From UHGV virus genome UHGV-0129366: DNA of 44,625 bases; one strand, written 5' to 3'. The notes beneath the pieces were generated by a model. It was given only the letters and a program-made list of their open reading frames with translations, was not told the origin of the DNA and did no database searches. The translations under genes were made by a program, and so were the position numbers. Origin of the DNA: a virus. Positions 1 to 9,379 of the stretch are shown here, piece by piece (positions within the stretch are counted from its first letter, which is position 1; each line of letters opens with the position of its first letter).

Positions 1-49
1 GCCACTATTCTAGTTGTTCTTAACTGGCTGATATTGATTCAAATCGCGT

Positions 50-2782
50 TCAGGTTTTTCTTATTAACCATGCTTCCAGAGCGGCAACACTGCGTGTAAT
101 TTCTTCGTGTGGAAGGGGGGCAGATAATGGCTGCTGCTCCAGTTGTGCGCATTGCTGGCTGGCGCTACGCATTCCCAGACTCGAGCAACTGCTTTTTAGC
201 TGATGTGCGGCACGCTTTATTTTCTCGTTATCCTGACTGGCGCGGGCAATGTCGATTTCATCGAGAAGCGGCAGGGCATGTTGTTTAAATAATATCAGCC
301 ATTCGTGGATCTTCTCCGCCCCCATTAAATGAGCATCTTCATTGAGTTGCGATACATCCAGCGGTTGATCATTTTTGACTTGCAGTTGGAGATAGTGCGC
401 CAGTAATTGACCGAGCACTTCACGCGGCACCGGTTTAGGGATAATCCCGCGAAATAGCGAACTGGTACGCTGGCGCAGTGTTTCGTCGATGACATGAGCG
501 CTAAAGCCAATCAAAACCAGCGACGGATATTGCTGTGCCAGTTGCCGGGCAAGCGTAATGCCGTCGATATCCGGCAGATCAAAATCCACCAGTGCGACAG
601 CAAATGGTTCACTATTTTGCAGTGTCTCTAAAGCCTGCGCGGCATTTCCTACGGCAACGACCTGCGCCCCACTGCTGTTCAACATCTCAACGGTAATCCG
701 CTGGGTTAGCGGGTTATCTTCAATTAACAGCAAACGTAAACCGTCCAGACGCACCGCCTGATTGACTGTTTTTGGCACGGGTGCAGTGGCAATACGTAAC
801 GGCAAGCGTAAACAAAAACAGCTTCCAACCTCCGGCGTGCTGGTGGCGCTCAGTTCGCCACCCATCGCCTGGGCCAGACGGCTACTGATAGTCAGCCCCA
901 GCCCGGTGCCGCCGCGTTTGCCGCTAACCTGAACAAATGGCTGGAAGATTTCAGCCAGTTTCGCGGGATCAATACCGCAGCCGCTGTCTTCCACTTCGAC
1001 CAGCCATTGTTCGCCATCAGTGCGACTACGCAGAATAATGTGCCCTTCGTCGGTGAAACGCAGGGCGTTGCTCAACAGGTTGGTAATGACCTGACGAATA
1101 CGCCGCGGATCGCCCATTAACGCAGTCGGTACATCGTCGGCAATTTCTGTTGCCAGGCGAATCGGGCGACCTTTCACCCTTCCGCTCATTAATTGCAGGG
1201 TACTTTCCAGCAGCGGGCGCGGTTCAAAGGGTTCATCGCTGACCGAAACATTCTTGCCGCCTGCTTCGATAGCCGAATAATCGAGAATATCGTTGAGGAT
1301 GGTCAGCAACGATTCACCAGAGTCGGTAATCGCCCGCAAATCATCGCGCTGGGCGTTAAGTGCGGGGTTATCTGCCAGCAGTTGCGCGGTGCCGAGAATA
1401 CCGTACAGCGGTGTGCGGATCTCATGGCTCATCGCCGCCAGAAACGCCGATTTTGCCTGGCTGGCTTTTTCTGCTTCCGCCCGTGCCTGTCGGTGTTCTA
1501 TCACCAGTTCCTGCAATTCAGCTGTACGCGCTTTGACCTGCGCCGCCAGCTGTTCGCGGTGGCGATTCAGTGCATGAACACTGCTGCGAAACGCATCCAT
1601 CAGCCGCCCGATGGTATCCAGTTCCCGTACGCCAGCGGTTTCCGGGAAAGGGGAGTCGATATCACCATCCAGCAAGCGTTGCAGCGCCTGCGTTTGTTCT
1701 GCAAGAGGGCGCGTGACTGAGCGATAAACCACGCGCCAGAGGATCAGAATCAGTGCGCAAAGAGAAACTAATCCCAGCAATAACAGGCTGTATTGCCCGC
1801 GTGCACTGGCTTTTTCCAGATGTGCCAGCCCGTGCTGATTACGCAGCTCAATGGTGTCGACCAGCTGACTGACTTCGCTACTAAACTGCGCGAATTGGGC
1901 GATGTTATTTTGGGCGAGAGTTTGCAGGTGATTGCTGATTTCACTGTCCTGCTGATACAGCGCCAGCAAATCGCTATATTGGCTAACGGTAGTTAACGTT
2001 GTTGCTACCTGAGTACGAACACCCGGATCTTCAATGCGTATTTGCCGACGTTGCAGAATTTTCACCGCATTATTGAGCTGCTTTTCCAGCGTTGGCGCAT
2101 TTTTCTGGATCTGTTCCAGCCCCAGATTCATCACCATTTGCTGCACCCGCAGGGCGCTAAGGCGCAGTTCATTCATCTGGTTAACATACTCAAGATCGAT
2201 ATCAATCAGCCGATCGAGTGCACTTTCTGCGGCCTGACGCTGATGTTGTTCGATCAAATCGTAAATCCCGGCCTGGGTCGCTCCGGCGGAGGTTGCCGCA
2301 TTATTCGCCTGACCTTGCGCCAGGCGTGCGATTTCATCGGCGGCGGCGACTATCTGCTGACTGAGTTGCTGTTGTTGCTGGCGAAGTTGCAAACGCTGCC
2401 CCACCAGTTCCCCTTGCTGACGTAACGAACGGGAGATCTCCTGCTCCTGTTGTTCAATAGCGGTGGTGTCAAAACCTTGTTCCCGTAACGCTTGCAGCAA
2501 CGCATTAATCTTCAGGCTTTGTGCGGTGAGCATTCGCCCCTGCGCCTGCCACATCTTTTCGTTATCGGCACTGGTCAGGTTCTGCGCGGCGAAAAGTTCC
2601 CAGGCGCTGGCTTCGCTCAACTGGCGCGCCATATTCATGGTAGGAATCAATGCCTGAGTGTTGTCTTTTTCCACCTGGCTGATAAAGCGCAGGTTGTACC
2701 ATCCCACCAGGGTACTGGTCAGGGTTAACAGCGCCATCAGGGCAAAGCCCATCCAGAGTCTTCGGGTCAGGGTTAAATTCAC
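50..2782 (-). CDS. torS: TMAO-responsive hybrid sensor histidine kinase TorS
   Basis: 910-aa ORF beginning [21 protein letters not shown]; HisKA H-box (SHEIRTPL), HATPase motifs (GTGLGLTIS), receiver domain (LLLIEDNP) and C-terminal HPt; recalled as E. coli TorS. Confidence 0.93.
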   Translation of the reverse strand: MNLTLTRRLWMGFALMALLTLTSTLVGWYNLRFISQVEKDNTQALIPTMNMARQLSEASAWELFAAQNLTSADNEKMWQAQGRMLTAQSLKINALLQALREQGFDTTAIEQQEQEISRSLRQQGELVGQRLQLRQQQQQLSQQIVAAADEIARLAQGQANNAATSAGATQAGIYDLIEQHQRQAAESALDRLIDIDLEYVNQMNELRLSALRVQQMVMNLGLEQIQKNAPTLEKQLNNAVKILQRRQIRIEDPGVRTQVATTLTTVSQYSDLLALYQQDSEISNHLQTLAQNNIAQFAQFSSEVSQLVDTIELRNQHGLAHLEKASARGQYSLLLLGLVSLCALILILWRVVYRSVTRPLAEQTQALQRLLDGDIDSPFPETAGVRELDTIGRLMDAFRSSVHALNRHREQLAAQVKARTAELQELVIEHRQARAEAEKASQAKSAFLAAMSHEIRTPLYGILGTAQLLADNPALNAQRDDLRAITDSGESLLTILNDILDYSAIEAGGKNVSVSDEPFEPRPLLESTLQLMSGRVKGRPIRLATEIADDVPTALMGDPRRIRQVITNLLSNALRFTDEGHIILRSRTDGEQWLVEVEDSGCGIDPAKLAEIFQPFVQVSGKRGGTGLGLTISSRLAQAMGGELSATSTPEVGSCFCLRLPLRIATAPVPKTVNQAVRLDGLRLLLIEDNPLTQRITVEMLNSSGAQVVAVGNAAQALETLQNSEPFAVALVDFDLPDIDGITLARQLAQQYPSLVLIGFSAHVIDETLRQRTSSLFRGIIPKPVPREVLGQLLAHYLQLQVKNDQPLDVSQLNEDAHLMGAEKIHEWLILFKQHALPLLDEIDIARASQDNEKIKRAAHQLKSSCSSLGMRSASQQCAQLEQQPLSAPLPHEEITRSVAALEAWLIRKT

Positions 2783-2876
2783 GGTCGGTGCACTTTAGGT
2801 GAATAAGTTGTATATTTAAAATCTCTTTGACTATCAATGAATTAATATAAGCAGGTCATTATTAGTCAAAATAAAA
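2783..2876. other. attL: Candidate attL (core plus P-prime arm) between torS start and int 3' end
   Basis: AT-rich 94-bp junction; segment agtcaaaataaaatcatttgtcgatttcaattttgtccc resembles the lambda P-prime arm next to int; flanking core-side sequence differs from lambda. Confidence 0.45.
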
Positions 2877-3950
2877 TCATTTGTCGATTTCAATTTTGTC
2901 CCATTCCCGTCCACGGCTATCCCTATACCGCGCAGCCATTGAATCTGATTTATGCCCGAGAAGACGTTGAGCAAACTTATCGCCAATCTGGTTCCGGTAT
3001 AGCCTTGCTGACAGGCTACGCAGTTCATGGAATGTTGGCGGGTTTCCATCAAATGAGAGTCCAGATGCATTTCTCGCCTTTGTAAAATACTTTGATACTG
3101 TTTTCGGGGAAAGCGGATCGTGATGCTTTGATGCGATTATAGTTTCACTGCTGCTGGCCTCCCTGCATTTCTGTAGTGTATCAGCCAATGAGATATTGAG
3201 CGCGTCAATCGTTAGCATTAGCGGAATGGCGAGTTTAGCCCCTGTTTTACTCTGTTCAATGTGAAGATGGTTGTCGTTTATGTCTGACCATTTCATTCTG
3301 CATAAATCGCCCACTCTCTGCCCTGTAACGACAGCCAAATCCATCGCCAGCCTTAGCCAGATAGGGAGAGGTTCGGCTGCATGGTAAATCTCGACATACT
3401 CATTAGCTGTCAGCCTTGAGCGCCTTACTTCTGACTTTGCTGTACGGGTTGCTGTTACCGGATTCGTTGCCACATGCCCCTCGGCTATTGCTTCACGAAA
3501 AACGTCAACAAGGGTTGACCTGATTAATTTTGCGGAAGCTGCTTTACCTTCTGCTACGTAGGTGTTTAGCATTGCTGCCACATCTTTCGTTGATATGTCA
3601 GTGAGCGGTTTGTCCGGCAATTTTCTTCGGATTGCCCTGATTTTGCTGGCGTAGTCGAGTAGAGTTTTCGGCCTGATCCCCCTTTCGGTGAGGATTCTTT
3701 CATATCGGTCAAGCCACACATGAAGAGTGATTGCGTCACCGCCTTTAATTCTGTCTATCAGTGATTTGCGTCCGCTGTCTGAGAGTAACTCAATATTGGC
3801 CTGTATTGCTTCAGTGATTGCTATCCTCCTGTCTCGGCCTAATCCAAACTCTTTACCCGTCCTTGGGTCCCTGTAGCAGTAATATCCATTGTTTCTTATA
3901 TAAAGGTTAGGGGGTAAATCCCGGCGCTCATGACTTCGCCTTCTTCCCAT
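2877..3950 (-). CDS. int: Tyrosine integrase, lambda/HK022 Int family
   Basis: 357 aa, N-terminus MGRRRSHERRDLPPNLYIRNNGYYCYRDPRTGKEFGLGRDRRIAITEAIQAN and C-terminus near-collinear with lambda Int; catalytic R-K-H-R-H-Y context (HELRSLSARLY, LLGHKSD). Confidence 0.95.
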   Translation of the reverse strand: MGRRRSHERRDLPPNLYIRNNGYYCYRDPRTGKEFGLGRDRRIAITEAIQANIELLSDSGRKSLIDRIKGGDAITLHVWLDRYERILTERGIRPKTLLDYASKIRAIRRKLPDKPLTDISTKDVAAMLNTYVAEGKAASAKLIRSTLVDVFREAIAEGHVATNPVTATRTAKSEVRRSRLTANEYVEIYHAAEPLPIWLRLAMDLAVVTGQRVGDLCRMKWSDINDNHLHIEQSKTGAKLAIPLMLTIDALNISLADTLQKCREASSSETIIASKHHDPLSPKTVSKYFTKARNASGLSFDGNPPTFHELRSLSARLYRNQIGDKFAQRLLGHKSDSMAARYRDSRGREWDKIEIDK

Positions 3951-4146
3951 TTCTGATCCTCTTCAAAAGGCTACCTGTTACTGGTCGATTTAAGTCAACC
4001 TTTACCGCTGATTCGTGGAACAAATACTCTCTTCCATCCTTAACCGGAGGAGGGAATATCCTGCACTCGCGTACCCATCGACGAACTGTTTCAAGGCTTC
4101 TTGGACGTCGCTGGCGTGCGTTCCACTCCTGGAGTGTCAAGTACAT
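3928..4146 (-). CDS. xis: Excisionase Xis
   Basis: 72 aa, MYLTLQEWNARQRRPRSLETVRRWVRECRIFPPPVKDGREYLF..., one substitution from lambda Xis as recalled; overlaps int start as in lambda. Confidence 0.93.
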   Translation of the reverse strand: MYLTLQEWNARQRRPRSLETVRRWVRECRIFPPPVKDGREYLFHESAVKVDLNRPVTGSLLKRIRNGKKAKS

Positions 4147-4173
4147 CGCAAAGTCTCCGCAATTACACGCAAG

Positions 4174-4193
4174 AAAAAACCGCCATCAGGCGG
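4174..4193 (-). terminator. Putative rho-independent terminator upstream of xis
   Basis: Minus-strand hairpin ccgcc/tgat/ggcgg followed by a T-run (plus-strand A-run 4174-4179). Confidence 0.4.
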
Positions 4194-4353
4194 CTTGGTG
4201 TTCTTTCAGTTCTTCAATTCGAATATTGGTTACGTCTGCATGTGCTATCTGCGCCCACAGCATCCAGTGGTCATAGCAGTCATTGATGTTCTCTGCTTCG
4301 ATAACTCTGTTGAATGGTTCTCCATTCCATTCACCTGTGACTCGGAAGTGCAT
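4186..4353 (-). CDS. Small hypothetical protein (55 aa)
   Basis: ORF MHFRVTGEWNGEPFNRV... with GGAG Shine-Dalgarno 8 nt upstream; below the ORF-track cutoff; ends in the terminator hairpin. Confidence 0.3.
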   Translation of the reverse strand: MHFRVTGEWNGEPFNRVIEAENINDCYDHWMLWAQIAHADVTNIRIEELKEHQAA

Positions 4354-4425
4354 TTATCATCTCCATAAAACAAAACTCGCCGTAGCGAGTTCAGATAAAA
4401 GAAATCCCCGCGAGTGCGAGGATTG

Positions 4426-4710
4426 TTATTCATTGCCGATATTCACCTTTATCGCGAATACCTTTACCGGTTTATCGCCGAAGTGCGGATGTGTGATTGT
4501 CTTGATTTCATACCCTTCATACGGGACGTCTATTCTGCGACTGGAGTCGTCGCGCTTCGGATATCCCTTTGTGATAATCAGGCGGTCATATTCCCGGAAC
4601 ATAATTCGCTTATTCCAGTAGTCATTACACAGGCGATACTCTTCCGTTTTCTCTCCGCGAATCATGGCATCGAAGTATTCACCTTTGACGGCAAGTTGAA
4701 GGTTAGCCAC
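4426..4710 (-). CDS. ASCH/DUF3850-like (PUA-fold) protein
   Basis: 94 aa; motif KGEYFDAMIRGEKTEEYRLCNDY...REYDRLII matches the remembered DUF3850/ASCH pattern. Confidence 0.45.
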   Translation of the reverse strand: MANLQLAVKGEYFDAMIRGEKTEEYRLCNDYWNKRIMFREYDRLIITKGYPKRDDSSRRIDVPYEGYEIKTITHPHFGDKPVKVFAIKVNIGNE

Positions 4711-5326
4711 GGTTAACCTCCTGCGGCGGTTCTGGTAGCGGCATCCAGAACAAGGCGTTCCCTAACCACGATAAAGTGCCGTCGCTCAACTCCACGTATT
4801 CCCCTTGCACCTGTCCTGCCATATACTCACCGTGCTTTGAATAAATTAAAATCCAATCATCTTGAGCGGGCATTCGCTCACTACAGCTTATCCAACCACC
4901 CGGAGTTACCGGAGAGTTGCCGCGTTCTTTAATGTGCAAGCGAGGCTCACCATCTTTTGGTTCAGGCCACTGACGCTCCATGTTGATCTTCAATTTATCT
5001 TCCATAGCAGCGGTAATTTCAGCATCGCTGATGCCAGCACGGCGTTGTGCATCCCACAACAGAAACTGCATATCAGCCCACTCGCTAAGATCGTCTGGTT
5101 CGGCTGCGGCTTCCAGTGCCTCTTTTGAGAGGTGTTTCAGTGGACCAATGGGGCCAACGCAGCCAAATGTGGAGTCAGACCATTTGGCATGCTCGTGGCG
5201 AATCTGTTCGCGTTCCAGTGATGCCAGTGCAATTCGTGCCAGTTCCATTTGTTCGCCACGGGTAAGCCCGTTTTCAAGCGGGTATTTAATGAACAATTCA
5301 ATACGTTCTTTAGTAATAGTGGTCAT
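4703..5326 (-). CDS. MazG-like dNTP pyrophosphohydrolase N-domain with DUF551-like C-terminus
   Basis: 207 aa; acidic EexxE...EWAD motif block (LSKEALEAAAEPDDLSEWADMQFLL) typical of MazG-type NTP-PPases; Trp-rich C-terminal region. Confidence 0.45.
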   Translation of the reverse strand: MTTITKERIELFIKYPLENGLTRGEQMELARIALASLEREQIRHEHAKWSDSTFGCVGPIGPLKHLSKEALEAAAEPDDLSEWADMQFLLWDAQRRAGISDAEITAAMEDKLKINMERQWPEPKDGEPRLHIKERGNSPVTPGGWISCSERMPAQDDWILIYSKHGEYMAGQVQGEYVELSDGTLSWLGNALFWMPLPEPPQEVNRG

Positions 5327-5336
5327 TTGTTAGTCC

Positions 5337-6092
5337 TTAAACTGCTAGTTGCAATTGCATTTCAAAGCGGTCGCGTTGTTCACAATACGCAAGAGAACCA
5401 GGGCTATTGTGTGCCTCAATCCGTTCTACCATTAATGCTGCGCGTGTCTCTTTACTTGCAGGTGCATAAGCCCCAGACCAGGCTTTATCAATACCGATGT
5501 TTCGAGCGACGTTCGTACTATCTGCGCTGGCTAAGGGTAATTTTGTGAATATCAGCGGATTTAACATGCGCAATCCATGTAGTTTCGTAACCGGCTGACC
5601 ATGCCCATCAACAATGTGACGAATCAGGTCTTTCATTCTGGCTACCGCAAGAGTTGGGCGCTTTACGTCATAGTCGCCACAACTACCGATAGCCACTCGC
5701 GGAAACTCATTGCACAAATGAATAAATCGCTCGTCACTTTCATTCATGTGCCACACTGGAACGCCAGCTAGTTTTCCGTGAGGCCACTCATTCAGAAGCG
5801 CATCATTTTCCTCCTCTCCGCCATCAATAATATCCGGGATAATGGCAAAATCGAATCCTGGGTGATTCTTCCAGCGAGCAACAAACTCGTAGTAATCGCT
5901 CCAGTCGATTTTGTTTTTGCCAGCTGCTTTCCAGGCGGTGAATGCACCGTTGTCCAGCGCGAACGACTGACAGTATTCAGCCGCGAGATTGATCTGGCCT
6001 GAATGCGCAAAACTGATAAACGCATGTCGCCCTTTCCATGCTCTCATTGCGCACGTATCAGGAGTAATAGGCCCACCGTGGTAGTGAATCAT
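5337..6092 (-). CDS. tRNA-guanine transglycosylase-fold protein, DpdA-like candidate DNA transglycosylase
   Basis: Collinear motif matches to bacterial Tgt: LDNGAF vs LTDSGGFQ, AIIPDII vs MIFDEC, ADSTNVARNIG vs FDCVMPTRNARNG; no C-terminal zinc-binding CxCxxC...H region; start set at ATG 6092 with AAGGAG SD. Confidence 0.5.
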   Translation of the reverse strand: MIHYHGGPITPDTCAMRAWKGRHAFISFAHSGQINLAAEYCQSFALDNGAFTAWKAAGKNKIDWSDYYEFVARWKNHPGFDFAIIPDIIDGGEEENDALLNEWPHGKLAGVPVWHMNESDERFIHLCNEFPRVAIGSCGDYDVKRPTLAVARMKDLIRHIVDGHGQPVTKLHGLRMLNPLIFTKLPLASADSTNVARNIGIDKAWSGAYAPASKETRAALMVERIEAHNSPGSLAYCEQRDRFEMQLQLAV

Positions 6093-6093
6093 C

Positions 6094-6738
6094 TCACTCT
6101 CCTTTGATGCGAATGCCAGCGGCGCGGGAATCATTCCATCGCTTTACTTCTTCACGAATTACGTCAATGCATTCTTTCGAATCCATTAGGTAATCTTCAT
6201 CAAAAAGCCTTTCCTGTTCGTTTTCTATCGCAACAATGATTGCTTCAACTAACTTTTGTGCCTGAGAACCACTTTCTAACTCTGCAATGCGCTTCTCTGC
6301 GGCCTCTGCCCTGCATTGTTCCCGTTGGAACATTTTGTGGGTGCGGTCGAGCGCCTCAAGTCTGGCTGCTGATGTTTTCTCTTCTGCTTCAAGCTCAACG
6401 CGCAGCTTCCCTACCGTTAGCGCAATATCCTCGTTCTCCTTGTCGCGGGATTTTATGTATTGCTGGTTTCTTTCCCGTTCATCCAGTAGTGCCAGCGCAA
6501 CATTTGGATTAAAGGCAGCAATAAATTCAGCGTTTGCGTAAGCCTGAGCATCTGTTTCAACCAGGCAGTTAACATGACATTCTGCAATCACGCCACCGGG
6601 TTCTCCTTTCCATTTTTGACAAACAAAAACTCCTGTTAAATTGCCGTGCTGGTTAACAGATGTATGCCCTACGATGTAGCTTCCTTTAGTTGCTTTCTCT
6701 GCCTTTTCACGCAGTGCCTGATAGTTAATCTCGCTCAC
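6094..6738 (-). CDS. Ead/Ea22-like early protein
   Basis: 214 aa; N-terminus [19 protein letters not shown]...AEFIAAFNPNVALALLDERE typical of the Ea22-like family, followed by coiled-coil. Confidence 0.55.
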   Translation of the reverse strand: MSEINYQALREKAEKATKGSYIVGHTSVNQHGNLTGVFVCQKWKGEPGGVIAECHVNCLVETDAQAYANAEFIAAFNPNVALALLDERERNQQYIKSRDKENEDIALTVGKLRVELEAEEKTSAARLEALDRTHKMFQREQCRAEAAEKRIAELESGSQAQKLVEAIIVAIENEQERLFDEDYLMDSKECIDVIREEVKRWNDSRAAGIRIKGE

Positions 6739-6980
6739 TCTTCATCCTCCAAGTCGGCAACGGCGTCCATCACATCAGAACCGCGAATAACCTCAAAAGC
6801 ACGGCAGGCCATTTGAAATACCAGTTGCTCTTGCGGGTGAGGAGACTCCCAATATTTGAAGCCTGGGCGATGCGTGTACCCCATCATTGAATAAAAATCA
6901 CCAGCAAGCTTAATCGCGGCATCGACAAGCTCTCTGTTAGTCATTCTTTTTCCGCTCACTGGTTGCCTCCTTTGCGCCAC
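6735..6980 (-). CDS. Hypothetical early protein
   Basis: 81-aa ORF in the early-left operon, ATGA-coupled to the downstream gene. Confidence 0.4.
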   Translation of the reverse strand: MAQRRQPVSGKRMTNRELVDAAIKLAGDFYSMMGYTHRPGFKYWESPHPQEQLVFQMACRAFEVIRGSDVMDAVADLEDEE

Positions 6981-7156
6981 ATCGCATTCAGATATTTGTT
7001 TTGATTCACTGACGGAAAAGAATTTCTCTTAAGCAATTCCTCTCTCGATGGCATTGGCTTTACGCGTTGGCGAATAATCATTTCTGCCGGAAGAATGCCG
7101 GGATTGTATGCAAGTCCTCTCATGGTAAATTCCTCAGTCATTACTGATAGCGCCAT
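6956..7156 (-). CDS. Hypothetical early protein
   Basis: 66-aa ORF in operon context; no recognisable motif. Confidence 0.3.
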   Translation of the reverse strand: MALSVMTEEFTMRGLAYNPGILPAEMIIRQRVKPMPSREELLKRNSFPSVNQNKYLNAMWRKGGNQ

Positions 7157-7430
7157 AGCGTGAGCGGTAATTACGCAGGCGCGGGTCGATATATTCAGGG
7201 AATTTGTCTATTGTCGCTTTTCGCAACGGTCTCATTGCTGTTTCGTTTGTTCGGTCCTTCTCCTGTTTTAGCGCGAGTTGTATATCGCGTCGGTACATCC
7301 GTTCTGCTTTTGTTTCTGGTGTCAGAGCAAGAAACGCGTCGAAATTGTTTTTGATATTCTCCAGCACCTCCGCCTTGGAGCTACCGGAGCAGTTGCGCGG
7401 GTCATCCGCACCATACAGAGGCGCTGGCAT
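7134..7430 (-). CDS. Hypothetical early protein
   Basis: 98-aa ORF in operon context. Confidence 0.4.
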   Translation of the reverse strand: MPAPLYGADDPRNCSGSSKAEVLENIKNNFDAFLALTPETKAERMYRRDIQLALKQEKDRTNETAMRPLRKATIDKFPEYIDPRLRNYRSRYGAISND

Positions 7431-7453
7431 AATGGGAGCCTTATTTTCAGTAA

Positions 7454-8041
7454 TCAGAAAGCAGGGTAATCGTTCTGGCTGTAACCATAATCATCTGCAT
7501 GATTCTGGCTTACGTTTTTAGAGCGATTGTCTTTATCTTTGAGGCTGGCAACCATGTCGGCGATAGTTTCTGGTTGCTTGCCTTCTGCCTTTTCTTTAAG
7601 GGTTTGACCTGTTTGTGCAATAAACGGGATGCGTATTTCCATCTGGTAGCTGTCTGCGCCAGTCTTTTTGTTTGTGGTTAATACTTTCTGGAGCACTAAC
7701 CCGATTTTCTTTCCATGAAATTCAGGTGCAACAAATTTACTGGCGGAAACCATATGCTGCGTTAATTGTCCAATCCCGGCACACCCCATCATGGCGTGAA
7801 CGACATTTGCGCCAAATTTGTTTTCCGTTCCGTCATTTTTCTGAACACAAACGCTAAGATACTGGATTTTACGTCCGTCGTCGGATTCTCCAGAAAACTC
7901 AATAAATTTGGCTCCTTTTTCTGATTTCTTTAGTTCTGCTTCAGTAATGGTAATGATATGGGCGCCAGTTTCGTTAATAAAACCACCTTGCCCTGCGGTC
8001 AGTGCTGCTTCTTCGTTATAAGTAAAAATCACGTTGCTCAT
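7454..8041 (-). CDS. Phage SSB-like ssDNA-binding protein (Sak4 partner)
   Basis: 195 aa directly downstream of and overlapping the Sak4-like gene; acidic C-terminal tail ...DDYGYSQNDYPAF resembling SSB tails. Confidence 0.5.
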   Translation of the reverse strand: MSNVIFTYNEEAALTAGQGGFINETGAHIITITEAELKKSEKGAKFIEFSGESDDGRKIQYLSVCVQKNDGTENKFGANVVHAMMGCAGIGQLTQHMVSASKFVAPEFHGKKIGLVLQKVLTTNKKTGADSYQMEIRIPFIAQTGQTLKEKAEGKQPETIADMVASLKDKDNRSKNVSQNHADDYGYSQNDYPAF

Positions 8042-8718
8042 GCGGCGTTTTCCTTAATTTGATGAACATTATTGATGCCGTAGTAATCACAAACAGTGGC
8101 ATCGACGAAAGAGAGATCGTTATCAATCTCATTGGAATCAAACATTCCTATTGGGGATTTAACAGTGTCTGCACCGTTGTTTTTCGTGGTGAAAAAGAAC
8201 TGGTCATCGCGGGTAAGGGTGCGAAGAACTATAGTAAACATGCCTTCGACAGTGATTTTCTCGTCCAGCATTTTGCCGATAGTCTTCATTTTCACACGCC
8301 CCATAGGGGTTTCTTCGGTGTGTGCGAGAAAATAGACTCTCAGGTCATCAGGTGCATCCTGTGCAGCCTTAATCACCTCCCATGCGTGGCGGCCTATCTC
8401 AGTGAATTTATCAAACGATTTTTCTTCTGAGCGGCGCATAAACTCATTGCTCATCACATACTGGAAGTCATCAACAATAACGATTCTTTTCCCGTATTCG
8501 TGAGCACGCTTAATTACGGCAACTATTACGTCCCATTTGTCAGTGGTAACTACGGTTCCTTTTTTTGCTCTGGCATCCCATGCCAGCCAGTCTTTTGATT
8601 TAAATGGAAGCGGCTTGCCTATTGGTTTTATAAGTATTGCTTCCTCTGGATTGATATTTCTCATGCTGGTTGATTTTCCGGTGCCAGATTCACCGAGTAT
8701 TAATGTCGCAGTTCCCAT
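8038..8718 (-). CDS. Sak4-like RecA-fold single-strand annealing ATPase
   Basis: 226 aa; Walker A GESGTGKS near N-terminus and Walker B-like IVIVDD; position equivalent to lambda bet/exo. Confidence 0.7.
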   Translation of the reverse strand: MGTATLILGESGTGKSTSMRNINPEEAILIKPIGKPLPFKSKDWLAWDARAKKGTVVTTDKWDVIVAVIKRAHEYGKRIVIVDDFQYVMSNEFMRRSEEKSFDKFTEIGRHAWEVIKAAQDAPDDLRVYFLAHTEETPMGRVKMKTIGKMLDEKITVEGMFTIVLRTLTRDDQFFFTTKNNGADTVKSPIGMFDSNEIDNDLSFVDATVCDYYGINNVHQIKENAA

Positions 8719-8726
8719 AATTTGCC

Positions 8727-8927
8727 TCAGAATGGTAATTCGGATGGGGAGGAAAGAAACTCACGCTCATTCATGCGCTCTCTTTGTGCCTGCCATAAGC
8801 AAAGTTGTTTCTTTGATTTATCTCCCGCTTTACGCCAGTAACGAGCCTCAGCAATGTGATATTCTCTTTTTAATCGACTTAACTCTGGAGTTTTCGCCAG
8901 TTCTACCGGAATCATTTTGACCTCCAT
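8727..8927 (-). CDS. Hypothetical protein (gam-equivalent position)
   Basis: 66-aa ORF between kil and the Sak4 gene; no similarity to lambda Gam noticed. Confidence 0.35.
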   Translation of the reverse strand: MEVKMIPVELAKTPELSRLKREYHIAEARYWRKAGDKSKKQLCLWQAQRERMNEREFLSSPSELPF

Positions 8928-9025
8928 TTTCTGTAGGCTTCGACGGCCTCACGAAACATCTTTTCATCGCCAATAAAAGCGGCGATAGTGAATTTAGTCT
9001 GGATAGCCATAAGTGTTTTATCCAT
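8912..9025 (-). CDS. kil: Kil-like host cell division inhibitor
   Basis: MDKTLMAIQTKFTIAAFIGDEKMFREAVEAYRKW resembles lambda Kil as recalled; sits immediately downstream of cIII as in lambda. Confidence 0.55.
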   Translation of the reverse strand: MDKTLMAIQTKFTIAAFIGDEKMFREAVEAYRKWRSK

Positions 9026-9158
9026 TCTTTGGGACTCCTGGCTGATTAAGTATGTCGATAAGGCGTTTCCATCCGTCACGTAATTTACGGGTGATTCGTT
9101 CAAGTAAAGATTCGGAAGGGCAGCCAGCAACAGGCCACCCTGCAATGGCATATTGCAT
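9018..9158 (-). CDS. cIII: CIII, FtsH inhibitor
   Basis: MQYAIAGWPVAGCPSESLLERITRKLRDGWKRLIDILNQPGVPKNG matches lambda CIII; AAGGAG SD upstream. Confidence 0.85.
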   Translation of the reverse strand: MQYAIAGWPVAGCPSESLLERITRKLRDGWKRLIDILNQPGVPKNG

Positions 9159-9379
9159 GGTGTGCTCCTTATTTATACATAACGAAAAACGCCTCGAGTG
9201 AAGCGTTATTGGTATGCATATAAAAAGGCCCTCACACTGGAGGGCAAAGAAGATTTCCAATAATCAGAACAAGTCGGCTCCTGTTTGGTTACGAGCGACA
9301 TTGCTCCGTGTATTCACTCGTTGGAATGAATACACAGTGCAGTGTTTATTCTGTTGTTTATGCCAAAAATAAAGGACGA

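Noticed and set aside
1193-1720. Plus-strand ORFs (175 aa and several 60-130 aa) inside the torS region
   Set aside because: They lie antisense to the continuous 910-aa torS reading frame, which has a complete sensor-kinase domain architecture; these are shadow ORFs.
4015-4433. Overlapping ORFs on both strands between xis and the ASCH-like gene (117 aa plus, 61 aa plus, 62 aa minus)
   Set aside because: None has a credible RBS; the only ORF with a good SD and a terminator is the 55-aa minus-strand ORF at 4186-4353, itself reported at low confidence.
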